Assembly (NCBI GenBank): GCA_002269645.1
Contig: NIVC01001593.1
Coordinates: forward strand, 115,960-179,959
DNA length: 64,000 bases
Source: Macrostomum lignano
Taxonomy: Eukaryota
Reading direction: 5' to 3'
The notes under the pieces were generated by a model, which saw only the letters and a list, made by a program, of their open reading frames with translations, made no database searches and was not told the origin of the DNA. The translations under genes were made by a program, and so were the position numbers. Shown in pieces: positions 48,887-60,860 of the stretch; within the stretch, counting starts at the first letter, position 1, and every line of letters begins with the position of its first letter.

Positions 48887-51800
48887 TCCTATATACTAAA
48901 AATGAGTTGTCTGTATGTGGGTAGGTATGCGATAGATTTCAGAAAAAATGGCTCAACCGATTTTCTTCAAACTTGCACCATTCGATCAGAAATTTTCCTG
49001 GGACGGTACATGCATCTTGGCTAAAAAATTGCTCAATGATAAAGGGATTAAATATTCGAAAAACATGCTTTTTTGCAAAGGTCAAGCAGCTCTTTCGACC
49101 TAAAATTCATTGTAAGAATGCTAGAGAAAAAAACTGACTGGCTGAATTCTGATTGTCATAAAGATTGCATCACAACAAGTTGAAAACAGTGCCGAAGAAA
49201 TGCACACACGACTTGATTAAAATTGCGTAACCAATATTGCTAACTTGAATTGAGACTGATACTGGCTGACTGAGAAATTGATTATGTCATAACTTTTTAC
49301 CCCAATTGACTTGCTGTAAGAATTTAATTATAAGGGCCACAATTCATGTACTCCAATTGAAAAGAGATAGCCTAGATACGAACAGACTGGACTGCCAACG
49401 TAGCGACCTGGGTTCGAATCTTAGTAGTGCAAAATAATTTTTTTATAAAACACCTTGAAAACACGAAACTGCTAAACATAAAAAAGCACAATGTCAAACA
49501 TAAAAGAGGCACCATGTCAAACATTACATGGGCACCATGTAAAACAAATACGTGACTCTATGTCAAACATTAAAGAGCCACCATGTGAAACATTAAAGAG
49601 TCACCATTTCGAACATTAAAGAGCCACCACGTCGAACATTAAAGTGCCACCATGTCAAACGTAAAAGAGCCACCATGAAGAACATTAAAGAGCCACCATG
49701 CCAAACATAAAAGAGCCACTATGTCGAACATTAAAGAGCTAGCATGTCGAACATTAAAGAGCCACCATTTCGAACATAAAAGAGCCGCCATGTAAAACAT
49801 TAAAGAGCCACATTGTCAAACATAAAAGAGCCACCATGTAAGACATTTAAGAGCCATCATGTGAAACATTTAAGAGCCACCATGTCGAACATAAAAGAGC
49901 TACCATGTCAAACCTAAAAGAGCCACCATGTCAAACCTAAAAGAGCCACCATGTCGAACATAAAAGAGCTACCATGTCAAACCTAAAAGAGCCACCATGT
50001 CGAACATAAACGAACCTTTATGTCGTACATTAAAGAGCCACCATGTCAAACATTAAAGAGCCACCATGTCAAACATAAAAGAGCCACAATGTCAAACATA
50101 GAAGAGCCACAATGTCAGATATTAAAAAGCCACCGTATCAAACATAAAAGAGTTACCATGTAGAACAAAAAAGAGCCACCATGTCGAACATAAAAGAGCC
50201 ACCATGTCAAGCATAAAAGAGCCACCATGTCAAACATTAAAGAGCCACCATGTCGAACATTAAAGAGCCACCATGTCAAGCATAAAAGAGCCACCATGTC
50301 AAACATTAAAGAGCCATGTCAAACACTAAAGAGCCAACATGTCGAACATAAAAGAGCCACCATGTCAAACATTAAAGAGCCACCATGTCAGACATTAAAG
50401 AGCCACCATGTCAAACATTAAAGAGCCACCATATCGAACACTAAAGAGCCACCATGTCAAACATATGTGACTCCATGTCGAATATATACGTGCCTCCATG
50501 TCACACATAAAAGGGCCACCATGTAAAACATATACATATGACTACATAACAAACATTAAACAGCCCACCATGTCGAACATTAAAGAGCCATCATGTCAAA
50601 CATAAAAGAGCCACCATGTCAAACTTTAAAGAGCCACCATGTCAGACATTAAAGAGCCACTATGTCAAACATAAAAGAGCCACCATGTCAAACATTAAAG
50701 AGCCACCATATCGAACACTAAAGAGCCACCATGTCAAACATATGTGACTCCATGTCAAATATATACGTGACTCCATGTCACACATAAAAGAGCCACCATG
50801 TAAAACATATACATATGACTACATAACAAACATTAAACAGCCACCATGTCGAACATTAAAGAGCCATCATGTCAAACATAAAAGAGCCACCATGTCATAA
50901 ATTAAAGACCCACCATGTCAAACATTAAAGAGCCACCATGTCAAACATTAAAGAGCCACCATGTCAAACATTAAAGAGCCACATGTCGAACATAAAAGAG
51001 CCACTTTGTCAAACATCTACGAGTCACCATGTCAAGCGTATACATGACTCCATTTCAGACATTAAAGTGCCACCATGTCAAACATAAAAGAGCCACCAGC
51101 TCAAACATTAAAGAGCCACCATGTCAGACACAAAACAGCTACCATGTCAAACATAAATGGGGTGCCTACTATCTTGGAGTGCTTGCTATCTGGAGATGCG
51201 TGCTATCTGGGGGTGCTTGCTATCTGGGGGGATGCTTGCTATCTTGGGGGTTCTAGCTATCTGGGGGTGCTTGCTATTAGGTGGATGCTTGCTATCTGGG
51301 GTGCCTGCTATCTTGGAGTGCTTGCTATCTGGAGATGCGTGCTATCTGGGGGTGCTTGCTATCTGGGGGTGCTTGCTATCTGGGGGTGCTTGCTATCTGG
51401 GGGTGCTTGCTATTAGGTGGATGCTTGCTATCTGGGGTGCCTGCTATCTGGGGGTTCTTGCTATCTGGGGGTGCTTGCTATCTGGTGGTGCTTGCTATTA
51501 GGTGGATGCTTGCTATCTGGGGTGCCTGCTATCTGGGGGTGCTTGCTATCTGGAGATGCTTGCTATCTGGGGGTGCTTGCTATTAGGTGGATGCTTGCTA
51601 TCTGGGGTGCCTGCTATCTGGGGGTGCTTGCTATCTAGAGATGCTTGCTATCTGGGGGTGCTTGCTATCTGGGGGTGCTTGCTATCTGGGGGTGCTTGCT
51701 ATTAGGTGGATGCTTGCTATCTGGGGGTGCTTGCTATTAGGTGGATGCTTGCTATCTGGGGGTGCTTGCTATTAGGTGGATGCTTGCTATCTGGGGGTGC

Positions 51801-52402
51801 TTGCTATCTGGAGATGCTTGCTATCTGGGGGTGCTTGCTATCTGGGGGTGCTTGCTATCTAAGGGTGCTTGCTATTAGGTGGATGCTTGCTATCTTGGGG
51901 TGCTTGCTATTAGGTGGATGCTTGCTATCTGGGGTGCCTGCTATCTGGGGGTGCTTGCTATCTAGAGATGCTTGCTACTTGGGGTGCTTGCTATCTGGGG
52001 GTGCTTGCTATCTGGGGGTGCTTGCTATCTAAGGGTGCTTGCTATTAGGTGGATGCTTGCTATCTTGGGGTGCTTGCTATTAGGTGGATGCTTGCTATCT
52101 GGGGTGCCTGCTATCTGGGGGTGCTTGCTATCTGGAGATGCTTGCCTTGCTATCCAAGGGTGCTTGCTATCTGGGGATGCTTGCTATCTAAGGGTGCTTG
52201 CTATTAGGTGGATGCTTGCTATCTGGGGGTGCTTGCTATCTGGGGGGTTGCTTGCTGTCCTGGGATATTTTTTTGCATTGCACTTCATTTGAGCAGTTTT
52301 TCTATTGTCTATGTGAAGGCTTTATTTGGCCGTCTTTTTGATACTTGTAGAGTGCCAGAGATTCTATCTAGATGCCCCCCATCGGGGGGCGAAGATTGCT
52401 AG
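48887..52402 (+). mobile_element. Non-autonomous Helitron, full-length copy B, with 23-bp (~49480-51155) and 17-bp (~51155-52260) arrays
   Basis: 5' end TCCTATATACTAAAAATGAG and a ~600-bp head are shared with copy A. Perfect 7-bp hairpin GCCCCCC-ATC-GGGGGGC (52374-52390), then CTAG|T. The 5' flank base is T rather than A. Confidence 0.88.
49365..49432 (+). other. tRNA-derived (SINE-like) segment inside Helitron B
   Basis: A-box-like TAGCCTAGAT at 49368, anticodon-loop-like CTGCCAA, and B-box GGTTCGAATC at 49411-49420. Confidence 0.5.
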
Positions 52403-52547
52403 TAAACATCTAATAGTAAGACAGTTAAAGTTTTAACCATCTTTCCAGTCAGCATGACTGCATTTTGTTAATTGGATGGTTTATGATTTCTGGTTTATCT
52501 ATAAAATATAATTATATAATTATAATTATCTATAAAATAAAATATTA

Positions 52548-52717
52548 TCTCTAAAAATAATAATTCCCATGTTTTTGTTTCTAATTTTAATAACCTACTT
52601 AGTTATTTGTCAATTATATCTAAATAATTAAATACTAATTAATATATATAATTGACAAATAACTAAGTAGGTTATTAAAATTAGAAACAAAAACATGGGA
52701 ATTATTATTTTTAGAGA
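52548..52717. repeat. Perfect 72-bp inverted repeat with a 26-bp spacer
   Basis: 52548-52619 is the exact reverse complement of 52646-52717. Confidence 0.95.
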
Positions 52718-53033
52718 CTCTTATACTTTAATAAATTATTACTTTTAACTTATGTTAGGTAGAATTGAGGTTCTTGGAATTTAAATACTTCTTTCAATTG
52801 CAAACTTTGAGTAATCTGTAAACATGAAGTATGCAGACTTAAGGTAGGGTAGAGATGGGTAAGAGGTGGGTAAAACTGCATTGAAAATGTATTTTATTTA
52901 TCTAATTTTCTCAACTTCAGACACACAACTGGCTCACAAACTGATGCGCACAGTTGGCCAGTAAAATCGCAGTGCAGCACAGGCAGTTCTTGCTCGGTCA
53001 TCTCACTTATCCCAGTCGCCACACTGCCTGGCA

Positions 53034-54764
53034 ATGCCGTTTGTCAAGCGTCTCGTCGAGCCGACCGCAATCAGTCGGGTTGAAACGGCCGAAGCGGCCG
53101 GCGGCCAACAGCAGCGGCCCAAAGTAGCGGACGAGCTGCAGTACACTAACAACCTGACCCTCAGCCGCCTCATCGAGCAGATGAGCTCATTCAGCCGGCA
53201 CACTAGCGACATATTTCGCGAATTAACCTCCGAAATGTCGGCTTTAGCCGCTCGAACTGCCGCGGTCAGCCAGCGGGTTAAACGGCTGCACGATAAATCC
53301 GATCTGCTCAACTCAGATTCGGACACTTTTGTCACCGTGTCCGGCGCCGACCGGTTCGAGTCGGACCAGACTGTCCAGTCGGGTCTGGTGCGGCCGGACT
53401 CCATGCCCGCCTCGGTGGCCAGCCTGTACAAAGCCTGCGAGACACCGCCGGATCTGTACAAGCTGGACCCGCTGCGTGATGACGGGCGTAAGAGCATGAA
53501 GATCTACTCGGATCCCGAGTTCTTCTTCGACCTGTGGGCCAAGCAGATGCTCGAGGAGGCGCAGAAGTCGCTGCGGCCGGCGGCCCACGCTGGCGGAGCC
53601 GGCGGCGGCGGGCACAAAAGCGCCGGCAAGCACAAGAGAAAGAAGCGAGCTCGGGCCCAGCCAGCCAGGCCGGACTATGAGCACATGAAGAAGGGCGTTG
53701 AGTTCATTCCGGCCGCGGCTCCTCCGCCAGCTGCTGCTGCCAATGGCTCTGTGCCGCCTGTCTTGGCTGGCAACCATTATGTCTCTGCCAGCAGCACCCA
53801 GCAGCAGCAGCAGACCTCTTATCCGTCTCCGCCGCCGCCACCGCAGCCGACGCAGCAGCAGCTACAACAGCAGCAGCAGCAGCAACCGCAGGTGTCCCCG
53901 CCGCCGCCCCCGGCTCTTGCTCAAGCTTCACCATCAGATGCTGAAAAGCAGCACTATCAGCAGCAGCAGGATGGTGGCTATCGTCAGGCCCCGCCGCCGC
54001 CTCCGCCTGTTCTCAATTCGGAGGAGGACGACCTGCGGCCGCCGCCGCCGATGCCCAGTCTTCAAGGCTATGGCTACGCCACCCCGGCTTCGCAGCAGCA
54101 ACAGCAGCAGCAACCGGGGCCGCCGAAACCGCCTGCTCCAGGCCTGAGCCAGCGCCACCCGATGCGCCAGTACGTTGACGATCAGGCTATCTACGCCGAC
54201 AGGCAGCAGGCGATGCACGGCCTGTCAGCGTCGCCAGGCGACTCGGCTCTGCCGCCGCCGCCGCTGCCATTGGCTCAGCAGGGCGCGGCCACGATCGATT
54301 TAGGCGCCAGTATCGACATGCTGCCGCCGCCGCCGCCCGACTCAGTGTTTGGCGCCGGCTTGCCAGCTGTGACTCCGCCGCCTCCGCCTCCGCCGCCGCC
54401 GCCTCCCCCGCCACCGCCGCCGCCGCCGCCAGCGCCGCCGACGTCTCAGGCAGCTGGTGCCCGGCCGCCGGCAGCTGTTGCAGCGGCTGCTCCGCCGCCT
54501 CCGCCGCCCGCGCCGCCGCCGCCAGCGCCACCAGTGCAGCAGGGCGGCAACCTGTTGGATCAGATTCGCAAAGGAATCGAATTGAAGAAAGTGTCAGCCG
54601 TGCCGCAGATCACTAGCGGCTATAATACCATACGGAGCCGGGCCAAGCAGCACTGCGATGTGCAGGCCATATTCGATGCCCTGAACGCTATCAGGCCGAA
54701 TATTCAGCCAGAATCTGACTCTGAGTCTGGCGGCTCCGAGGACTGGGGCTCTGAAGAGGACTAA
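53034..54764 (+). CDS. WASF: WAVE/SCAR (WASF family) actin nucleation-promoting factor, intronless CDS, 576 aa
   Basis: WAVE homology domain (MPFVKRLVEP..ELQYTNNLTLSRLIEQMSSFSRHTSDIFREL; LYKLDPLRDDGRKSMKIYSDPEFFFDLW), basic patch KHKRKKRAR, polyproline region, WH2 GGNLLDQIRKGIELKKV, central helix and acidic tail ending EDWGSEED. A strong acceptor TTCAG ends at 52920 in the 5' UTR. Confidence 0.95.
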   Translation: MPFVKRLVEPTAISRVETAEAAGGQQQRPKVADELQYTNNLTLSRLIEQMSSFSRHTSDIFRELTSEMSALAARTAAVSQRVKRLHDKSDLLNSDSDTFVTVSGADRFESDQTVQSGLVRPDSMPASVASLYKACETPPDLYKLDPLRDDGRKSMKIYSDPEFFFDLWAKQMLEEAQKSLRPAAHAGGAGGGGHKSAGKHKRKKRARAQPARPDYEHMKKGVEFIPAAAPPPAAAANGSVPPVLAGNHYVSASSTQQQQQTSYPSPPPPPQPTQQQLQQQQQQQPQVSPPPPPALAQASPSDAEKQHYQQQQDGGYRQAPPPPPPVLNSEEDDLRPPPPMPSLQGYGYATPASQQQQQQQPGPPKPPAPGLSQRHPMRQYVDDQAIYADRQQAMHGLSASPGDSALPPPPLPLAQQGAATIDLGASIDMLPPPPPDSVFGAGLPAVTPPPPPPPPPPPPPPPPPPPAPPTSQAAGARPPAAVAAAAPPPPPPAPPPPAPPVQQGGNLLDQIRKGIELKKVSAVPQITSGYNTIRSRAKQHCDVQAIFDALNAIRPNIQPESDSESGGSEDWGSEED

Positions 54765-55046
54765 GAAAATTTATTGCTAACTATTTGCTAGCTAGTTGCG
54801 TGTTGTGTTCTCCTGTTTGGTGTTAAATATTCTTTTCCAGAGTATTATTATTATTAAATATTGTTATTCAGCTATTAGTTACTGCTCTACATGTTTATTT
54901 TACACCCAGCCTATATTGGGTGTCCAATATTGGAAAATGAAATTTTAATTAGTATGAGGTGGGACAACCAAGAAACAATATGGGAAATCCTGTGAGCCCT
55001 CAAAAATACTTTTGAAAACCGACTGGTCATCGAAAACTTGTTTCTC

Positions 55047-55405
55047 TTCCGACATTTAGAAAACAGGTTTCCGACATTTAGAAAACAGGTTTCCGACATT
55101 TAGAAAACGGGTTTCCGACATTTAGAAAACAGGTTTCCGACATTTAGAAAACGGGTTTCCGACATTTAGAAAACGGGTTTCCGACATTTAGAAAACAGGT
55201 TTCCGACATTTAGAAAACGGGTTTCCGACATTTAGAAAACAGGTTTCCGACATTTAGAAAACGGGTTTCCGACATTTAGAAAACAGGTTTCCGACATTTA
55301 AAAAACGGGTTTCCGACATTTAGAAAACGGGTTTCCGACATTTAGAAAACAGGTTTCCGACATTAAGTTTGGGTTACCGATACCGACATTAAGAACGGGT
55401 TTCCG
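55047..55405. repeat. 22-bp minisatellite (TTTAGAAAACAGGTTTCCGACA)
   Basis: Seen directly, downstream of WAVE. Confidence 0.92.
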
Positions 55406-58144
55406 ACTTTATTTAAAATTTACAATCAAAAAAATCTTTGAGACCCACTTTTAATGCTTGATGAAGATAAACTGCCTGTAGTATTTGAACTTTCTTTTAA
55501 TAATTACTTGGTACTGCCGTTGTGTCGTTCTATCGATAATGTATTATTTGAATGATGTGCCTGTAAGTCTCTGAAATATAGTTTATTCCTATTGGTGAGG
55601 ATTTCAAGTTCCACCCCCCCTTACCCATTTTGCCAGGGGCTTATATTAAGCTTAAGCTAGGTTCCGCATTACATCGAATAGCAATAAACTCTTGTTGAGC
55701 TGAAGTGCTGACCAATGTCCTCCTACTTAGCGTCTTCAATGCGTTTAATAACCTGTCATGTGTTTTAACTGATGGAACTGCCGTGTTACTATATATATAT
55801 ATCATTTTAATTTGTAGTTCTATTTACTGCGCAATGTTTTTCTAACCAATGTTCTGCTGCAGTCCAGCTGCTATTAAAGGGTACCAATTTTTAATTTGTG
55901 TTTTTTATTTGCGAGGTCCATTAAAGTATAATTAAGTATTTTGATAATTGACTGCTTGATCGCACTGGCCTACTGCCGCGAGTGGCCGTGTTTTTTTGTT
56001 TAAAATTAATTTTAGTAGAGATTCCTTCTCACAAACATGTTTCTCATTTGCCTGACTCCTGGTGAACTTTGAAAGTGGTGATTTTTTGGGGGAAAAACTC
56101 TATTTTGTTTTGCTGTAATGATGCGTGTTATATGCTTATAATACTGTTTACAGATGCACGGATACACGATTGATACCTGCTCTAACTCTATAATCTATTC
56201 ACAACCAAACTTCTCTCCTTTTTATTATTATTTAATAATCGTTACTTAGATAATCGCTAACAGAATTTAGGACCTCAATGTACTTTTAATAAATGAAATG
56301 ACACACTATAGCTCTGTCTGAAACTGTTGGCGTAACGCAGTTTGTCTTCCTTATGCTGCTTTACTACGAACTTGGCGCATGATAATAATAATAATTATTA
56401 TTATTGGTATATTCCTTTTATCTGAAAAAAATTATGATAACTTTTTTTTAAGTCATCTTTATATAAACCAATTTAATAAAAAGCACTCGAATATGCTTTG
56501 CTACCTATTATGTTATTTATAGTAAGTGCTTCGTTCTGAATTATTGATAAATCTCTTAGAACAGTCAAACTGTTGTCATGTCTATTTTTGTTTATTTTGT
56601 ACATGTGCTGTAGTTTAGCCAGTGCCAACTAGTGACATTCTTAGTTGTCCGCCTATCTGGAGCAGAGATAAGGAGCCAGAACTATATGATTGACGTACAT
56701 GTAGGAGTACAGTACAACTAGCATATAGAGAAAATGCAAATATCGTGGGTGCTCTGGGTCTGGTTGGTATTGTGTTGTGCTTTCAAATGGCGTATCATAA
56801 TTTAATGCATTCGACTTAATAATTGCCGCGAATTCTGCGCTGGCGCTTTCGTCAGCGTTGGAACTTGTACTGATATAATAAATACTTGCCTTGCTCTAAT
56901 TAGACGCAAGCAATTCCTTCATGCGACAGTTTTATACACAAAGTTGCTATTGTACATGTACATGTATATAAGCCCATGCAAGGACCACTGTAATAGTAGA
57001 ATCGAAGGACTCTGAGGGGCATCCAGGAAACAGGAATAAAAAATTGAAGGCTGATATTCCACAGGCTGCGCATCTGCCTGAGTAGTCCTTGCTTCCTGCA
57101 TGCCTGAGAGCCATATGCGTGCAACCACATTATTCTCTGCTACTCGTCTTCCTCACTCAGCCAAGAATTATACTCTTATACTCAGCAACATTTAAAAGGC
57201 TGCATCAAAGTAGTTTCTCTGCCTGTGGTCACCACTTTTGAGAGTGCAGGTAAAGTCTCTCAATCTTTGTGAGTGACGCAGCTTAGCTACATGTCCGCGA
57301 CGGACATGGGTTGAGGAATGAAGAGATCGGGGGATCGGCGCGGCACATGTACATGAATATACAGTACGTACAAGGGTTGGACGGATTAAGCTACCCCTCA
57401 GTTTTCTCGCATCTTTTATTTCAGAATAGTCCAAGAGAATTGCTCTCTAACGCATAGAGTGGGGACTTTTCAATGCTGCTGAGTATATGTATAGCCAGCC
57501 TTCTACGGCAGATAAATTCAGAATAACAACCCAAATTTCCTTAATCTCGTTATTTAAACTATATCTTGAGTACATAAAAGATATTTTAATTTGTTGTATG
57601 TAAAATTGTACATGAACATGTACAATTTGCGGCAAGCTAAGGATCCTCATATTTCAGGAGAGCTAGCGATGTATCATAGTTCCATTGATCAGTTTCATTA
57701 CTATGCGCTCTTAATAATATTTTAACAACTAATACTAAATGCTTAAGTTATTATGATCGGGATTTTAGTGTTAGTGTATTTTGGCTGCAAAATGCGCAAC
57801 AATGAAACGATGAACGATAGAAATTTTTACTTTTTCTAACGTGACAGTTAAACAGATCGATATCATGTTAAGTAACAAAACAAATTATTTTTGTTGTCTC
57901 CCCAAATAGGAGGAAAAATTATTAAACCACATGTTTTTTCAAATAAATTAATTTTTATGAACATTATTTTTGTTTAAAAGAATATGCAGTCGTGGTTGCC
58001 AGCAGCAACTAATGTGAGTTCGATAGAGAAACGTTTAACTTTAATCTACTTCTTAGCAGTTAGCAGTCTGAATAATCGTAGTATTAGTCTTAAAATCTTA
58101 AAGTTTTCAGAGGTGAATTAATTCGGTAGAATAAAAGCACAGCT

Positions 58145-60860
58145 ATGGGCAGAGACTACTACAAAACCCTAAATCTATCTGCGAACTGCACAGTTGATGA
58201 TGTAAAGCGAGCGTAAGTGCTGCTTATACAATTATGTTCTCTGTTTCATAGCATACTTATGAAGGATTACTTTGCTATTTATTAATGTGGGAAATATTTT
58301 AAATATATTATTTTCTGCTTATTTTAAAATTTAATCTTTAATAAATGGGCCCCATGTCCATGTGCAAAAAGCTTGATGATTAATTTGGACTTTTGTATTT
58401 AGGGTTAGGGTATTATGTAAAAAGCTCTTGTAGTTGTAGCTATTTGTTCCATTTTTATTTAAAAATTTGAAAAATGTGAAAATCAAAAATATGTGTGAAA
58501 TTCAAAGTTAAATTATTCTTTTAATTTATTCTTATTTAGTCTCAAGTAGAAAAAATAACGCCTGAATTTTATATTTTTACTTTCAGAGATGCTTTTTAAA
58601 TCGATTTGTCTTTCCAGTGAATTGTTATACTTTTAATTATTAAGTAAAAAAATTGGTGACCTCAGCTAGAAAATATTAAATTGTAATTCCTATTTATATC
58701 CAATTTCAACATCTTTAAATAGAATTGTCGTTAGAAACAGAGCTTAGAAATTAAGTGAATACAACTCGTAATAACTTTAATGACAGTTATTATTAGTTGC
58801 ACTCCAGAGGTATCTTTAGTTTGTGTGTATTGTAGATTGTCAAATTGGTGTTTAAATAAAAACCTTATAAAAATATTTGCATAATTACTAAGCCTGACTG
58901 AAGCTTTCATTTTCAATTTCTTCTACTCCAGAGATATATCTAAAAGATACTAAATATAACTTGGAATTTCTCAACTATTGGTGCTTCGTCTTGCCTCCCG
59001 CAGGTACCGCAAGCTCGCCCTGAAGTACCACCCGCAGAAGAATGCAGAAGAGTCGGCCAAAGAGAAATTTCTACAAATCGCCGAGGCCTACGATGTCCTG
59101 TCAGACAACCGGAAGCGCGCTGTCTACGACCAGTTCGGCGAGGAGGGCTTGAAAGCCGGCGTGCCGCACGGCTTCAACCGGAGCGGAGCGCACACGGAGG
59201 GCTACACATTCCACGGCGACCCTCTGCGCGTTTTCTTGGAATTCTTCGGCAATGACAATCCGTTCCGCGAGTTCTTCGACCGCGTCGACGGCGACATGCA
59301 CATGAGCTTCGGCGGCCTGCACGGCCGTGGCCAGAAGAAGAAGGACGAGCCGATCGAGCGCGACCTGGTCGTGTCGCTAGAGGAAATTTTCCACGGCTGC
59401 GTTAAGAAAATGAAAATTGCGAGACGGGTGAGTTTTGCTACTGTTAGTAGTGAGCGAGTCAGTTTGATCCAATAGCGCAACAGATTATTAGAATTTCATG
59501 GTTTCGAAGCACGGCCTGTGATGTACAACTACCTCGTATAGCTGACACAGCCACAGATTTAGTTATGAGAAGAATTATTGTTAATTTTTCTCCCGACCCT
59601 GTCGCAGGTGATGAACGAGGACGGACACACGAGCAGCGTGAGGGAGAAGATTCTGACAATAGTTGTGAAGCGTGGCTGGCGGCAGGGCACCAAGATCACC
59701 TTTCCCGAGGAGGGCGACCAGGGGCCGAACAATGTTCCAGGTAAGATGAACATAGCGGTAGTCATTTTTTAAGCTAAGGTTTTATTTTCTAACTTGAAAT
59801 TTAAACTATTTCTTTCAGCTGACATCGTGTTTGTCGTGAAGGACAAGCCGCACCCGAGGTTCCGTCGTGAGGGCTCGGACCTCATCTACACGGCTGACAT
59901 CCCCCTGGGTAGGGCTCTCACATCTTACACGGTTAATATTACAACTCTGGATGATCGTGTTCTGCATATTCCCATCACCGACATTGTGCAGTGAGTTGCT
60001 CAATTGCTTTGATGATCTTACTCGCTTGTACGCGTTCACAGTTTATAGATTTGCTGCTTATTTGAATACTTGGTCCGTAGATTTTTAATGAAATTTGTAA
60101 TCTGGTCGGAGGTTGGCTGTGCGCGGCAGGGGAGATGTTGAATGTACATTTGTAATCTGGTCGTGAGGTTGGCTGTGCGCGGCAGGGGGAGATGTTGAAT
60201 GTACATTTGTAATCTGGTCGTGAGGTTGGCTGTGCGCGGCAGGGGAGATGTTGAATGTACATCTGTAATCTGGTCGTGAGGTTGGCTGTGCCGGCAGGGG
60301 GAGATGTTGAATGTACATCTGTAATCTGGTCGTGAGGTTGGCTGTGCCCGGCAGGGGGAGATGTTGAATGTACATTTGTAATCTGGTCGTGAGGTTGGCT
60401 GTGCGCGGCAGGAGGAGATGTTGAATGTATATTTGTAATCTGGTCGTGAGGTTGGCTGTGCCGGCAGGGGGAGATGTTGAATGTACATCTGTAATCTGGT
60501 CGTGAGGTTGGCTGTGCGCGGCAGGGGGAGATGTTGAATGTACATTTGTAATCTGGTCGTGAGGTTGGCTGTGCGAGACAGGGGATAGGAGGAGTAAGAG
60601 ATGTTCACTGTACATTGCAAACTGAGGTTACATCAGATTGGCTACAGAGTAGTCACGTTATCCAATTGGTGAACATATGCATTCGCCACTAACTCTTTTC
60701 CCTCTTCAGCCCGACCTTCGTGAAGACGGTGCCAGGCGAGGGAATGCCACTGCCGGAGAACCCGGCACAGAAGGGCGACCTGCACATTCGCTTCAACGTC
60801 CAGTTCCCAACCAAATTGAGCGCGGAGCAGCGCAAAGCCATCGCGGATGTGCTGTGCTAA
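58145..60860 (+). CDS. DNAJB13: DnaJ/Hsp40 class II, DNAJB13/RSP16-like; 5 exons (58145-58212, 59004-59427, 59608-59740, 59819-59990, 60710-60860), 315 aa
   Basis: Spliced translation [36 protein letters not shown] ... [19 protein letters not shown] ... [74 protein letters not shown] ... GEGMP ... [13 protein letters not shown]. All junctions are GT-AG with consistent phases. The GDQGPNN.PAD and non-HPD motifs fit DNAJB13. Confidence 0.9.
60094..60580. repeat. ~56-57-bp minisatellite in DNAJB13 intron 4, ~9 copies
   Basis: Unit TGTAATCTGGTCGTGAGGTTGGCTGTGCGCGGCAGGGGGAGATGTTGAATGTACATT; measured spacings of 55-57 bp. Confidence 0.92.

Noticed and set aside
43755-51155. Many copies of the perfect Kozak motif GCCACCATG in the 23-bp arrays
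   Set aside because: It is part of the Helitron minisatellite unit, yields only short repeat ORFs, and probably lies in intronic or intergenic DNA. I have no evidence of translation, so I treat it as coincidence.
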